Notes: generated by a model not told the origin, from the letters alone. A stretch of 64,000 nucleotides of DNA from Octopus vulgaris (GCA_951406725.2 OX597814.1:73656001-73720000); one strand, 5' to 3'. Positions 41,222-55,789 are shown, counted from the stretch's first letter. A program made the numbers and translations.

Positions 41222-41850
41222 CTAGGCACAGGACTCATACCTTCTCGAAAAATAGCAACACAATACTGCTTTGTAGGTAGGTACTTCAAATAAAAATATA
41301 GGTATATCAAATCACATTTTCAATTACTTCTAATTTCGTATTAACTAAGTTAAATTTTCAAACATTAGTTTGATACAAATGTCTATGAGTAAAAGTATAA
41401 AAAATACATATTAATTTTACAATCCTAAATCAACTCTTCACAGCACGAACACGTGTTTGTTTATTTGGCTGCTCAGTGGTTCGAAAAATGTACTACCGAT
41501 TTAACTTAATATAAACGTTAAAATGTTAATAATTTACCTATAATTATGCTAAATACATTTGATAAGATCTTACCTTCATTTCAATAAACAAATTTATGAC
41601 AAAACTTTGTACTCTTGTTTTTTCGTCGACTGACCTTTGGCACAAAATGGATTCAACAGAAAAAATATTCCATTTGTGTCGCAGACATTGTTGTAAGGGT
41701 AGCTTCTGATTGGCCGATAGACAAAGTAGAACGTTTTCCGAGCGACCGACCAATCAGCGAGAAGAATTTTAAATTTCGGTACGAATTACGTATCACCGCT
41801 CGTTAAAGTGGTACAAATAAGTGGGACTTTATTTATACCACCCAGAGTTA
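39300..41850 (-). mobile_element. Decayed piggyBac transposon (left boundary uncertain)
   Basis: Transposase remnants; right end ...accacccagagTTAA at 41848-41851; ggtggt/accacc inverted motifs near both ends. Confidence 0.75.
39470..41111 (-). pseudogene. piggyBac transposase pseudogene
   Basis: DKLYKVKP, VVESMVKFKGR, MDNYFTS, ACGTV, KWKDKR, NMNCVDK, IYYFLDAAIVNAFIL, C-terminal RRCILCS..C; many stops and frameshifts. Confidence 0.88.
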
Positions 41851-43399
41851 AAGGAGTTTAGTAAAGTTAAACGTTACCCACGAAGACTTTTCTGTCATTA
41901 ACGTAGTCGTTGTTCATCTTTTCCGCTTCTCTTTCTCTATACTTATCTTCGTGTCCTTGGCTGATCATTTCCTCTGTAGAGCCTTATCTTTCTCTGCTAG
42001 TTATGGGTTGATTGTTATTCATATTTTGTCATAACAATTTAGCTAGCTGAACAGACGGTATTTAGCTCTCTCATAATACTATTTATAACTGAGCGTTGAC
42101 CATCATCCATCTTTTCCCCTATTTAATACGTTTGTATTTCATTTTTAACTAATATGAATCTTGGTTAATTCTTTTATTTATTTGTATTTAATAATTTTTA
42201 TAAGTTGATACATTTATAATTATTTATATTTGTTTACTTTTGGATTTATATGTATGTTTCTGGTTTATGCGTTTGTGATAGATACTCCGTGTACAAACAT
42301 TTGTTTGTAGATTTTCAAATAATATTAGACTATATTTAGTAATGTTGATTGACTTTCTCGGAAATAGTGATATTAACTTTCTCGGAAATATTGATGTTGA
42401 ATTTGAGTGTCGAAATTACGTTCATGTCTGATTAGCAGCTGCGTGGGGAAAATTCCCCGGTTACCTTTGATATTATTTTCGCTTTTATCGTAACCGTCCT
42501 TAGATTATTTTTTATGTGATGATGCGTGCCTAGTGGCTACGGTCTTGCATTCACGATCTTTTAATCGTGGTTTAGATTTCTGGACCGTGTGGTGCGTTGT
42601 CTTCTTGACCAAAACACTCCAACTCGCACAACGCCGAGTGTTAAAGAACACTGAGTATCTCAGACGACGAGACAGCTCGCTCCAAAGTGAGCGAGAATGG
42701 TAGATGCCGATATTTCGCCATTGACGAAATCACATGTATTCGGATAATCTCAAAACGAAATGCCTCGTTGGTTCAGGACTTATATGCAAATAGAGTGAAA
42801 TTTATTTGATGATGTGCTGCAGCATAGCACATATGAAAGGAAATTAAATTATGAATTAAAAACAGCTCTAGTAATGTAAACATTATCAGTCAATCTTTAC
42901 CACTGGACGCAGTGCATGGAGCTTTCCCCGGACGCTATTCCGTGACAAGGCGCATTTAAGCAAAGCACATGCACTATGTATGTGCGACTGATTATTCTTA
43001 CATTGCAAAAGCTGCTTTTTATTCGTAATTTAATTTTGTTTCACATGTGCTACTCCGCTGCACATCAGCAAATAGAACTCACTCTATTTGCTTTTAAGTC
43101 GCAGATCAGCGATTCATTTCGTTTCGAGATGATCCAAGTACATGATATTAATAAGTCACAATAATGGTGAAATATTGGTATCTGCCATTCTCAATCACTT
43201 CGGGGTGAGTAATCTTGCCTTGTCTGAGACATTCAAATGTTCTTTAACTCTCGGCGTCGGATAGGAAGCTTTTCTCGGTCGCTATCTCGTAGCAAATGGG
43301 AGTTTAATTAAGTAAAACACATACACTATGTATGTACGACTAATATTACATAGATATATGTTATACACACGCACAAAAAGGATAAATATACATACACAC

Positions 43400-43428
43400 A
43401 CACATATAAATACATACACACGCACACA

Positions 43429-43492
<64 letters not shown>

Positions 43493-43507
43493 CATATATC
43501 CATACGC

Positions 43508-43538
<31 letters not shown>

Positions 43539-43575
43539 CATACATACAAACAAACAAACATACATACATATATAT
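43400..43575. repeat. Compound (CA)/(TA)/(TACA) microsatellite
   Basis: Direct reading. Confidence 0.9.
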
Positions 43576-45272
43576 GTATACTAGAGTTTTGCTGGGATGT
43601 GAGAATTAAAGTATTGCGTGTTATAATTAAGTATTTTACCTTTCTCTGCTCTCCAGGCTACACAACGTCACATACCTCCGACTGACAGAACTTACGCTGC
43701 AACGTGATGCTAATCAACGAGATGCTAATCATTTTCACGCATCCGATATCTTATAGCAGCAATTGTTATTTGTGTTGGTCGGCCTCCAACAGTTTTTTTT
43801 CTTTTCTGTTTACATTAATAGATCTTACCGATTATTGCACTTCTTATCTCCATTGTTTTTGTTTTCCTCTTCGTTGCTGGGATACTGTATTCCTTTACCA
43901 ATTTTTCTGTCTAATTCTATGTTACATACTCTTGTCCCTTCAGTCTATCGTTGTATCTTGCTGCATCTCCATTTAGTTAATCATATCTCTATTCATCCTT
44001 ATAACTTCGGATGAAAGTATTATTTTATAACATTGTAGTTACGTAATTGTTTGACTGAATCTATTAACGATAACCCTTTTCTACATTGCCTATTTCTTTT
44101 AAGGCTCATTTCCATCCTATTGTTTTTCTGCGCAACTCCCCTTTCTGTGATTAGTCAATCAAGTTTATACAACTACAAACCGAATTTTTCCAAACACTTC
44201 TTAATGATATTTATGGAATTATACACATTCTTCCTTAATAGTTTTTTACGTGTGCCATTCATGTAATCTAGTCCTCAAAGCCATATCTATAGAATTGTTT
44301 AAAGTAAGGTTGAAAGTTTTTAAAATTATGAACTATGTTCTTTTGTTGTTGCTTTTTTTGTTCTTTATGTCTGAACTAAAATGTCTGAACTAAAACATGT
44401 CTGAACTAAAACATTTTCACTGCAATAATAAGTTGTCGGATATAATGCAAATTAAACAAAATAAAACGGAACACATCGTAATATTTTATTTAGATAAGAT
44501 ATTTCCCAATACTTCAAAGAGTTAATTGTTCATATCTAAATTCTACCTGTACCAAAATGATTCAACAGCAAATCATTTGCTCCGTACTAACTTGTACCTA
44601 GTTGTATAGTCGTAAAGTAGTACTTCAGAAGATAAAGCTTACACGACGCTTTGGAACCATACAACAATTACCTTTATTACTACAAGTAGTAGGAGTACTC
44701 TATAACTGACGACTATTATTGACTTGCAGCACTGAATTCAGATCCTACAACGTACATATGTATCCATGTTTTTAAATAAAAGCATCAATGTTGACAGTGA
44801 CCAAATGACAAGCGACTGTCTGTGCAATTTAGTTGAATAAAACCCCAAAGCACACACACACACACATATAAATATGTATGTATATGTATGTATGAATGTG
44901 TGTGTGTGTGAGTGTGTGCGTGTGTAAATATGTATAAATTATTTGAAGTGGTGTACAGATTTTATATATCAAGAAAAAGGAGGTAAAATTTTGGATAATT
45001 ATTTAGTAGATATGGTTTTTACAGAAAACATTTTGCTTTTTATATAAATCTGGAAGGGAATGGTCTTTTGCTATCTATATGTGTGTGTACATGTATATGC
45101 GTGCGTAGATATGTGTGCGTATCTATGTGCGTGTATGCATGTGTGTGCGGGGAATTGTTTGGATGTTTGTTAGAAGGAGGGAAAACAGAGAAAAAAGAAA
45201 AAGCAAGTCAAGAAGATAGAAAGAACAAGAAAGAAAGAGAAAAAGCAGAAAGAAGGTAAGTCAGAAAAAAGG

Positions 45273-45311
<39 letters not shown>

Positions 45312-47282
45312 ACACACACACACACATACACACACACATATATGGATAAACATATACATTGGGTTTCTGTATAATTTGCGCTTATTAAATTCCATTCACT
45401 AGTTATAAGATGCTTTGATAGAAGTTTGATAGAAGATACCCAATGTGTAGCAGTTGGATAAAATCTGGAATCATATGACTGTGAAGTCAACTTCTTATCC
45501 ACACAGCCATGTCTCCACTCGTGGTACATTTCATTACATATTTATTATCATAACAGCATTGATGTCATAGCACTTTCAATTTTCCGTTATTAAACCCCAA
45601 TACTTATGACATCTTTATCTTATAGTTTACTTCTATTTCATAAATTCTCTAACAAGCGATCTCTGAGTTTGCTTGTTAGAGAATCTTATACAATTTTCCG
45701 ATATTTAACAAGTGCATGTCTAACAATTGTTTTTCACAGCAATAAACACCTCAATTTTATCCTAAATCGATATACAACTGAAATATTTTCATTTGATAAT
45801 CTTATTCATCTTACGATTTTATTGATTAAAAACAAATCAGTTAAAAACAATGTTAGACCCAATGTAACCTGTTCCAGTCATATATCAAACCTGATCAATA
45901 AACACTTGATGTGAAGAGGAATTTGAAGGGTATTTCCTATCAATTTATTTCAAAGTATCAAATAATAAAATGTCTAAAATATTTTGTGAATATTAGTTAC
46001 GGGTTTCAAGATGATATAGTTGTTGACTGTGTTATAATTTTATTCTCTTAAAATAAGAAATTCCTGAGACGTAAGCTCCCAGCTTATGTTTGTTCATTGA
46101 TACGTAAGTTCATGTGTTTTACGCCGTGCAAATGTATATCCAAATCTACCTTCAAGAAAGAAATAAACATCAAAAGATTAAATTCCTTTCTCTTACTAAT
46201 AGAGTTTTTTCGTGAATTTCTATGTAAAATATAATATAGGTATCTAAAGAATACCTAAATTTAGTAACATAGCCCTCTTTCTCTCTCTGTTTCTCTCTCT
46301 CCCTCCTCCCTATATATTTATCACTACAAAAATAAATTTACATGAACTTTAATATAAACCAGAAAACGTGTTGAAACTGTTTTCTGAAACTGATGCGAAA
46401 ACCTATTCTATTAAGGATAGAAATGTTTGCTTTCTTTTGGTTTCATCATCATATTCAAAATCTTTCTATTTCATCAGGTGTCATTATTGATAATACAACC
46501 TTTTGGCTTTCTTACAATAACAAATACGTCGATGAAATTACTTTAAGATATTTGTGCTTTTTGTTTTCATAGTTAAGCAAAGGGAAAACAGGTACATACT
46601 AAAAACAAACTTTGTAAGAAGTCTTGTGTGAAGTAACGCAAAACTTAAAAGTTGTGTTAAGATGATCTTATCATAACGCTATTTGAAATGGTAATAAACT
46701 GGAATATAGCCCACTCTATCATGTATGATTTTCTTTTCAAATGAGTTGTTGAATGACGGAAAACGTTCATATAGTTATCGTTATCTTGAAACTTACAAAT
46801 CTACGTCTAAGAACATAACTTCCATGGTGTATGAAACGAATATTTATTACATTACAAAGCTCTATAAGTTTTAAATAATTAACCAAATTAACCAGTAATC
46901 CACTAGCTGCACCAGATGTGATGTTCAGACATCTTTACTCTAGTTAAGCCGACCATGACAACTCGACACTCAAAAAATCTAAATGTATCATTGAATCGAT
47001 AGTTAGGTACAATTAATTATTCTACAGGTTTTCAGCAGAAAATAAAAGGAATTGAAAATCATATGCAGAAATTAGTTTGAAAATTTAAGTCTACATATTG
47101 CCGTCTACTTGGATGTATGATTTTACTTTTGCGACAGTGAGTTTAACGATGATAGCGAATGATGATTCTGTAAAAACAAGTGTGGAGTATGATTTCGAAA
47201 TCAGCAGTGAGCTAAAAAGGGATTTTCACTGGCACTCACCCTTTTTCTATGTATATGAATGTTTTCATAATCAACATAAGTC

Positions 47283-47477
47283 GTGACAGTAAACTACGAG
47301 CTACAGATACGAGGGATTGCCTTTTCAGCCCCGAGAACTGAAATAAAGCGCTTCAGATCTACAATCATGATCTGTAAGCTACAATATGCTGATGACAATG
47401 CTACTCGGTTCAAAATAATTTCTAATGCCTTTGTTTGCGATTACAAGATGCTGAGCAAAAGTACAGACATTCTCTAA
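47283..47477 (+). pseudogene. RTE-type LINE RT remnant
   Basis: ICKLQYADDNA motif in an RTE-like context. Confidence 0.55.
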
Positions 47478-48623
47478 GACAATGAAGAATAAAGAAAAAA
47501 CACAATAGATATTGAACTCATCTCAGTAGTGTCTTACTCAGCTCCTGCCCCTTTGACAATAACACCACCAAACGACGGCGAGCAGTCCACAAAGCCTTTT
47601 GTATCCTATCAAATGGTGTCTTCACAATCGTATTATGAGGGTCAAAACAAGTCATAGAGTATTAAGCTATTGGAGTTTTTCCACCACTATATGGATAAGA
47701 AACTAAGGCAGCTTACTAACATCAATCGGTCCGCCGCCTGTGAAGCTTTTTTAAACAAGACTAAGACTGTGTTTGAATGTCATGTGGTGACTATGTCACA
47801 GACAATGAAATACTAGCAAAAACGAAAACCAGAAGAATTCAAATTATCTTTGAAAATCATCAAATTTGCTGGGGTGTGTAAAAAGAAGGCCAGACAGAAG
47901 AATACCTAAATAAGTTATGCGATCTATGTTTGTAGAAGACAACCACCCGAGATGTGAACCTAAGAAACTCTTCTGTAACTCGATCAAAAGACCATGCCAT
48001 TATACACCTTACTTGACTACAGTTAAAATGTTGTCGAAACTTATACAATGTATAAGTATGTATGCGGAGAACGAGTGGTTCGATCAGCATGCTAGGGGAA
48101 TAAAACCTAGCTACTGTACTTTAGTACAAATTCTGAGTAAGCATCGGGATGGGAACATCACTTATAATGATAAATAAGAGAGGAAGAAAAAAGCCTTGAA
48201 AATATCCTCGGCTTCAAGGTAATGCCAAAAGAAGACATTTAACTATACCTGATTATACATGCCAACTCAGAATCATTAATATTTTATGTGCTATACATAG
48301 TTGTGAAAACTAATTTGTAGTTGCTCATAATTAATCAACTTCTACAGTTTTCGCAACTTCCAAGGAAAACATCGACCTTGCAATTAAATTCAATGATATA
48401 TTTATTTCGCATACATAACAAGAGTGACATGTACATAAAACGCTTAAAGTGATGAAATAAAAGTACTGAAAAACCAACGCAATATCAAATAAAGAACAAT
48501 AGGTAAAAATAGAATTTCTCTTCTACAAACCCTTCTTCAACGACTATATTATTGAAATTACATTAATTATCATCATAATCTAATGAGAATATCCAATAAC
48601 GGTAAAGCAAACCACATCTATAG

Positions 48624-48940
48624 TGGAGGCGCATGACCTAGTGGTTAGAGCAGCAGACTCGCGGGTTCGAATCTCAGACCGGGCGATGTGTGTGTTTATG
48701 AGCGAAACACCTAAGCTCCACGCGGCTCCGGCAGAAGGTAATGGCGAACTTCTGCTGACTCGTTCGCCACAGCTTTCTCTCACTCTTTCCTCTTGCATCT
48801 TGCAGCTCACCTGCGACGGACCGACGTCCCGTCCAGGTGGGGAACCTATACGCCAAGGAAAACCGGGAAACCGACCCTTATGAGCCAGGCGTGGCTCAAG
48901 ACGGAACAAACAACTGCTCCTTCCTAAGGATGAAAAAAAA
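48624..48940 (+). mobile_element. tRNA-derived SINE with A-tail and 11-bp TSD
   Basis: A box tgacctagtggttag, B box gggttcgaatctc; TSD cacatctatag at 48613-48623 and 48941-48951. Confidence 0.9.
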
Positions 48941-49124
48941 CACATCTATAGAATTTGTAAGATTACTAATGCAAAAAAAAAACGCGCTAAATATGTTTGA
49001 TATATCCTGTATTCAGACTTAGATGTTTAATACATCTTATTTGTAAAGTCTTAAACATATTTCAGCAAGAAGGATAGCCTCCGTTTTTTTCTATGATACA
49101 AGAAATGTCGCACATGTTAAAGTA

Positions 49125-50416
49125 CGAGGGGCGTTCAATAAGTAATGCCTCTGACCCACTTGCCTTTGTCTGTTCTAGCTGAAATTTTGCATGTGCAATT
49201 ATTGATATCTCTATAGATTACGTGACAAATTACAGCTCCGAACTAATTGTGGTTTCTGATTTACAGGTGTTTGAAATGAGTCAAGTGGGAAATGGAGCAT
49301 GTTGAGTGTCGAGCAGTGATCCGGTTTTTGTATTTGAAATGACGCACACCACAGGAGACTTTTAATGAAATGAAAGTAACTTATGGTGATGATGCCCCAT
49401 TATATGACCTTTTAAAACGTTGGCATCGTGAATTCAAACATGATCGGAACTCTGTGGAAACAGCTCCCAGATCTGGTCGCACCCCTTCTGCCATTGATGA
49501 GGCATCTGTCCGTCAAGTTGAGGCTGCCATTTTGGAAGATCGACGCATAACTATTCGCCAAATAGCCCATGAGGTCAAGATTAGTACCGGGTCTGTGGAA
49601 ACTATCATTCATGACCATTTGCATATGCAAAAGGTGTCTGCCAGATGGATTTCCAGGTTGCTCACACTTTTCCAGAAGCAAGAACGCAAGAATTCCAGAA
49701 GCAAGAATTTAGGGATGTGCCAAGAAGATGAGTCAAAATTTTTCAAAAGACTGATTACACAGGATGAGACCTGGGTCCATCACTATGATCCAGAGACCAA
49801 AGCCCAGTCAATGCAGTGGAAGCACCATGACTCACCTCCTCCAAAGAAGGCAAGGGTGCAGCCCTCCGCTGGCAAGGTCATGCTCACAGTCTTCTGGGAC
49901 CAGGACGGAGTAGTGATGACAGATTTCCTGGCAAAGGGTACAACAATTACAGGAGCCTATCATGTTTCACTTTTGAGGAAATTAAGAGAAGCTATCGAAA
50001 CCAAAAGGCGGGGCAAGATCAGCAAAGGCATCCTCCTCCTGCAGGACAACGCTCCGGTCCACAACTCGCGTGTCACCAGATCAGAAGCACAGGCGTGCGG
50101 CTATGAACTCTTCCCCCATCCCCCTACTCTCCCGACCATGCACCCTCTGATTTTCACCTCTTCCCAGTCATGAAGTTGTTTTTGAAAGGAAAGCGTTTCC
50201 CAGATGATGCAGCCTTGATTTCTGAAGTCACGTCGTGGTTGGAGGATCAAGCTGGGGTCTTCTACGAAAACGGTCTCCAGAACTGCATCAAACGATGGGA
50301 GAAATGCGTACCTCTGGGTTGTTCCTATGTAGAAAAAGACTAATACCTGTGCCAAGTTTCGTTGCTCTACTGCTATGGGAAGTGGGTCAGGGGCATTACT
50401 TATTGAACGTCCCTCG
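49125..50416 (+). mobile_element. Full-length mariner transposon (~1.29 kb)
   Basis: TIRs cgaggggcgttcaataagtaatgcctctgaccc / rc cgagggacgttcaataagtaatgcccctgaccc; TA TSD at 49123-24 and 50417-18. Confidence 0.95.
49292..50343 (+). pseudogene. mariner DD34D-type transposase pseudogene
   Basis: MEHVECRAVIRFL, stop at 49340-42, ARWISR (WVPR-like), TQDETW, QDNA, frameshift in HPPYSPD.APSDF near 50120, ends EKD-TAA. Confidence 0.92.
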
Positions 50417-51454
50417 TACATGATATAATTAGTAATGTAGTGGGAAGTTTCACCTGGGATGTACTCATGTTCATAACTTTTTCTCACATCAGTTTAGTAT
50501 TCTAGAATTATAAATCTATTACTAGATATAACCTTGTGATGATGCCTTGTGGTTTCTGAGAAAACGTGCGTTTAAAAGTGAGAATTTAAGAGCATTTAGA
50601 AACAAGACAAAACATAGACTCCGATGACAATTGCGATAATCAATGTGACAGAACACAGTTAATAAAATGCATCAAAGGAATAATTCTGTGTACCGTGCGT
50701 AGAGGTGAATCCTAACGTTTTGAGCCGCGTCGTTTTTTGGAGAAGAAATGAGGAGTGTGTTGACTGGTAGACAATGCATTTGAAGTGGTATTCGAATTCA
50801 TCTCTCGTCAGAAAATCTTATTGAATATTATGTATCAGGGACTATTACCACAATATATATACTTTTATAAAGCTGAACTAAGGTAAAACTACAGCAAAGC
50901 ATTTCTTTCTTTTTTTTTCTTCTTTTTAGAGAATTGTAAAATATATTACAATTGCTTGATTACCATCAACTAATATTTTAGAGTAATATGAATTTGATAG
51001 AAAATGGAACTTTCAAAAATATATAGTTTGCTTTATAATGTAGTCAAACCAGAGAGTTCTCACAGATTAGATTGATGAACGTAGTTGATGTTCAGCTTAA
51101 ACTATTGTAGACTGATGACTGCCTGGAAACTGAGAGGATGGTGTACTTAAATGTTGCAGTTTCTCAAGAACTTGAATTGATTTTGGAAATGCATGTGCCT
51201 ATTGGATAAAAATTAAAGAAATAAAATTTAATGTTGAATTTATTTTGGTTTATTACTATACTCAAAACTTTAAAAACTTTTAATTATTTTATTTAATTCT
51301 ATCATTTGTTCCAATTGTACCGTCTTTTACATAGCTCATTTTACTATGATTTTATACGGTTGTTTATATTATTCGGAAGAAGTGTGTCGAGGTCGTTAAA
51401 GTTAATATATATAGAGAGAGATTGAGGTAGGGAAAGTGACAGACAGACAGATTG

Positions 51455-51459
51455 ATAGG

Positions 51460-51516
<57 letters not shown>
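51455..51516. repeat. (GATA)n microsatellite
   Basis: Direct reading. Confidence 0.95.
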
Positions 51517-51519
<3 letters not shown>

Positions 51520-52002
51520 GTAAGTCCACTTTGGTAGAATGAACTTAAATTCATTGTGGATGTGAAAAAGAAAGGATAATTTTACTGCTATTTATATTAT
51601 TTATGCTCTTCTTCTTTTCAAATATTTCAACAAATAAAAATAGCATCTTTATATGGAAAACTAACCACAACTCACAAACTGTTCAAAAGTTCAAAAAATT
51701 TCAAGCGTATTATTAATGAAAAGTAACAGCAATCATGATAAAGGATTCAAATCTTGCAATATTATATTTCCTTAATTTCCGTTGAAGTTAAAATATTTTG
51801 CTGAAACTGTTAATATATGTTTGTTTACTTTACAAAGTATGTTGATATATAACCTTCTTGTTTTCCTTGGTAAAAGTGATATGACCTAAGTGTCGAGATA
51901 TTGCTGTGTAAAATAAAAGAAAAAATGGCTGGGGAAAAAACAGTAACACAACTTTCACTTCACTGATATACGTCTAATTTAACTCATGTATCTAATAGTA
52001 GA

Positions 52003-52213
52003 CTCAAATTTTGGTACTAGGCCGGCAATTTCAGGGGCGGGGTAAGTCAATTACATCAACTCCAGTGATCAACTGATATTTATTTTATCGCCCCCCACCC
52101 CGCCCAAAATAATGAAAGGCTAAGTCGGCCTCTGTGGAATGTGAACTCAAAACGTAAAAGAGCGCCATTAAGCATTTTGTCCGGCGTGCTAGCGATTCTA
52201 CCAGCTCGCCGCA
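52003..52213 (-). mobile_element. tRNA-derived SINE, family of 21229
   Basis: rc ggcgagctggtagaatcgctagcacgccggacaaaatgcttaa...gagttcacattcc. Confidence 0.8.
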
Positions 52214-53533
52214 TCACTCATGTCTTTACTTATTTTTGCGCTTTGTTACAGATTAATATCGTTGAAGGGCTCGCAGCGAGAGTTCATAGCAAACTTTCAA
52301 ACAGGATTCTTTAGAGAGAATTTAGTGATAGAAATTTTTCCATTACTTAATTCAAACCCAGAGTAAGAAATTTAGAACTGCAAACCTATTCTTTACCACT
52401 ACTTATGAAGTCCCAACTTAGATCTTGGTGAACAGACCCAGTACAAATTTAACGTAGTAAATCAATGTCACAACACAGCGCCAATGGCGAGAAACGAATA
52501 GTCAATATTTCCTCCAGTAGGATGACGACCTCACAGCTAAGCCAACTATCTAGAAAAGCAAGAACGTTACACTATTTCACCTTCGCCTAAGCTTTCTATG
52601 AGGGATGCCACTAGGTTCAAATAAAATAAAATATAAAATGGTTACTTAGTAGAATTCCGTGTATCTGATGATCGGTTGCATAAAATATTGAGTTGCATTT
52701 TTAGAAGTAACTGTTCTGTTTGTATTTGAAGGGCAGATCATAGAAATTTGAATGTCATTTTACTGTAATCCAAAGATCGAAGAAAATGTCAACAGACTTT
52801 GTGGTTGCATGTGTTATAGGATGTTGACTTGAAGACAACCAGGAAATGATAAAGAATTCGAGATAGAGGGAAAATAAGAAAAAAGTAAAAACGGGTTGAA
52901 AACGAAACGTGGAAAACAATTCGAAGAAAGAAACCGATGTATGAAACCATGCATTTCATTAAATTAAGAAAATTGCAAAATTGAAAATACAAAAAAGTGA
53001 ACTTTGGCAGAAAATATATAAACACAAAAATAAGAAAAGGATAAAAAGAGAAAAGTGTTCCCGAGAAAAATAATTGAAAGTATCAATGAACAAACATCAT
53101 TTCCAAATTAGATTGCTTCCATTATTGTTTCATAATTAATCCTATCAATGCTTATGTGCTTTTATATTTTTTATATTTTTATACTTTTTATTTTTTCGTT
53201 TAACAATATTCCAAGGTTGTAGAAATGAAAGCTTGTTCTGCCCTGAAAAACACACACACATGAATTCAAATACACGCTCGCGCTCGCACACATGCATACA
53301 TGCCAACCAATATATAGATAGACAGATAGACGGGAAGATAGATTACATTGATGACGATTGCATTAAGGAAAATTGCATCCATAGGCAACTAGTGGTTTTA
53401 TAAATATATGTACGCACACGCACAGACATGCACACACACGCAGGCACGCACACACACACATATATATGTATTTAAACACTCACATTTATATATATTCACT
53501 TCAAAATTTGATACTGATTAGAAGATCGAAAAT

Positions 53534-53576
53534 CCACCTGAAGATTGTCGGAGCAGACATGAAACATTTGTAGTGG
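53534..53576 (+). ncRNA. Compact type I hammerhead ribozyme motif
   Basis: ccac CTGAAGA t-tgtc-ggagca-gaca-t GAAA ca-tt-tg TA gtgg. Confidence 0.8.
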
Positions 53577-53660
53577 CGGTTTATTTAATTTATATTAAAA
53601 TTTTATGTATTGATTAAGTCTTTCCTTGTTTGGTTTTAAAATAGTGGTTTTGTCTCGAAT

Positions 53661-53701
<41 letters not shown>

Positions 53702-53876
53702 GATTCGTACGTAAGAGCTTAAAAACGCACAATGATTTCTTATTTTTATGTACCTGGTACTAAGATATGAGCTCAATTATAGCGATGTAACAACAATTCT
53801 AAAATCAGTTAAAAAATTACGAAGAAAAACAAGTACTTACAAAGATTAACTCCAGCCATAGAGAAGGCTACACATA

Positions 53877-54265
<389 letters not shown>

Positions 54266-54661
54266 TATTTTGGAGGACTCTGACAAGCATCGATTGCATT
54301 CGAAAAAAATGTTAAATGTAGACAAATAATAATTGGTGAGTGTGACTGTAAACTTTATGAATCAATCTCTTCCAAAATATGTGTGTGTCTGTGTGTGTAC
54401 CCATCATTACGTGAGTGTATATGCATGCATGTATGTAGGTATGTGTTGATTTGTATGGGAATGTATACGTGTATTCAATTGATTATTTGTGCGTATATTT
54501 ACGTATTTCTGTCAATATGTAATTGTCTTTTTCAAGTTTACTGACCATAATCAGATAGCAAATAACTTATTTTTTTAGAATTTCAGAATATGAAATTGAG
54601 TTTGAAAGATGGCTTGATATGAAATTCTCGGTTCTGGCTTAATGTTCTCAGCTACAATTAC

Positions 54662-54717
<56 letters not shown>

Positions 54718-54721
54718 CAGA

Positions 54722-54757
<36 letters not shown>

Positions 54758-55092
54758 TACACATACATAAGTACTCCATCTCGTCTGCGTTTTCTATATA
54801 CTGCCTTCGCAGAGTTTTCACGTTTCTTCTCTTGTTCAGTTTTTTTTAGTTCGTTATGATATGTGGTTTGTGCCTGTTGAATATGCTTGAGATATTTGTC
54901 AGCATATGAATCTATTAGTAGCACTTAAATATATGTATTATGTCCTTTAAATAAATTATATATATATATACACGACGGGCTTCTTTCAGATTCTGTCCAC
55001 AAAATCCGCTCACAAGGTGCTACGTAGTGAGACTGAATCCGGAACCATAAGACTGGGAAGCAAACTTCTTATGGCATATATATTTATATATC

Positions 55093-55447
55093 TTTGACAC
55101 TCGGTCAGTTACGACGACGAGGATTCCAGTTGATCAGATCAACGGAACAACACCCTGCTCGTGAAATTAATGTGCAAGTGGCTGAGCACTCCACAGTAGT
55201 TTGCGGGGAGATTCAGCGTGACACAGAGTGTGACAAGGCTGGCACTTTGAAATACAGGTACAACAGAAACAGGAAGAAAGGGCGAGAGAAAGTTGTGGTG
55301 AAAGAGTACAGTAGGGTTCGCCACCATCTCCTGCCGGAACATCGTGGATCTTTAGGTGCTTTCCCTCAATAAATACTCACAACACCCGGTCTGGGAATCG
55401 AAACCTACGACCGCGAGTCCGTTGCCCTAACTACAGGGCCTTTGCTC

Positions 55448-55450
<3 letters not shown>
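55093..55450 (-). mobile_element. tRNA-derived SINE; head shared with 8203 and 48624, different tail
   Basis: rc tagttagggcaacggactcgcggtcgtaggtttcgattcccagaccggg... Confidence 0.8.
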
Positions 55451-55533
<83 letters not shown>

Positions 55534-55600
55534 CCGCGTGTGTATCGTTGTTGATTTTCTTTCTCCGACTTCCCTTCCTTGAACTTTTCCTTTTTTCTAT

Positions 55601-55636
55601 ATTTCTGACGAAGAGCTCCGTTCGAAACGTTAAAAT
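55601..55636 (+). ncRNA. Minimal type I hammerhead motif (extra A, palindromic stem III)
   Basis: attt CTGACGA a gagc-tcc-gttc GAAA cg TTA aaat. Confidence 0.7.
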
Positions 55637-55729
55637 CTCCTCCTTTTTTTCCTTTCCTGAGCGTCCAATAACACTATACTTGTTTCGCGTCCTCGCGTTG
55701 TTGTGTTTTCTCTTTGTTCATGTTTGGAT

Positions 55730-55789
<60 letters not shown>

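Noticed and set aside
48624-48700. tRNA-like A and B boxes
   Set aside because: SINE heads with body, tail and TSD, not tRNA genes; no full cloverleaf.
50778-50816. Minus-strand CTGACGA..GAAT motif
   Set aside because: GAAA is broken and stem II is only 2 bp; likely chance.
51111-51140. CTGATGA..GAAAC
   Set aside because: No stem II, stem I or cleavage triplet.
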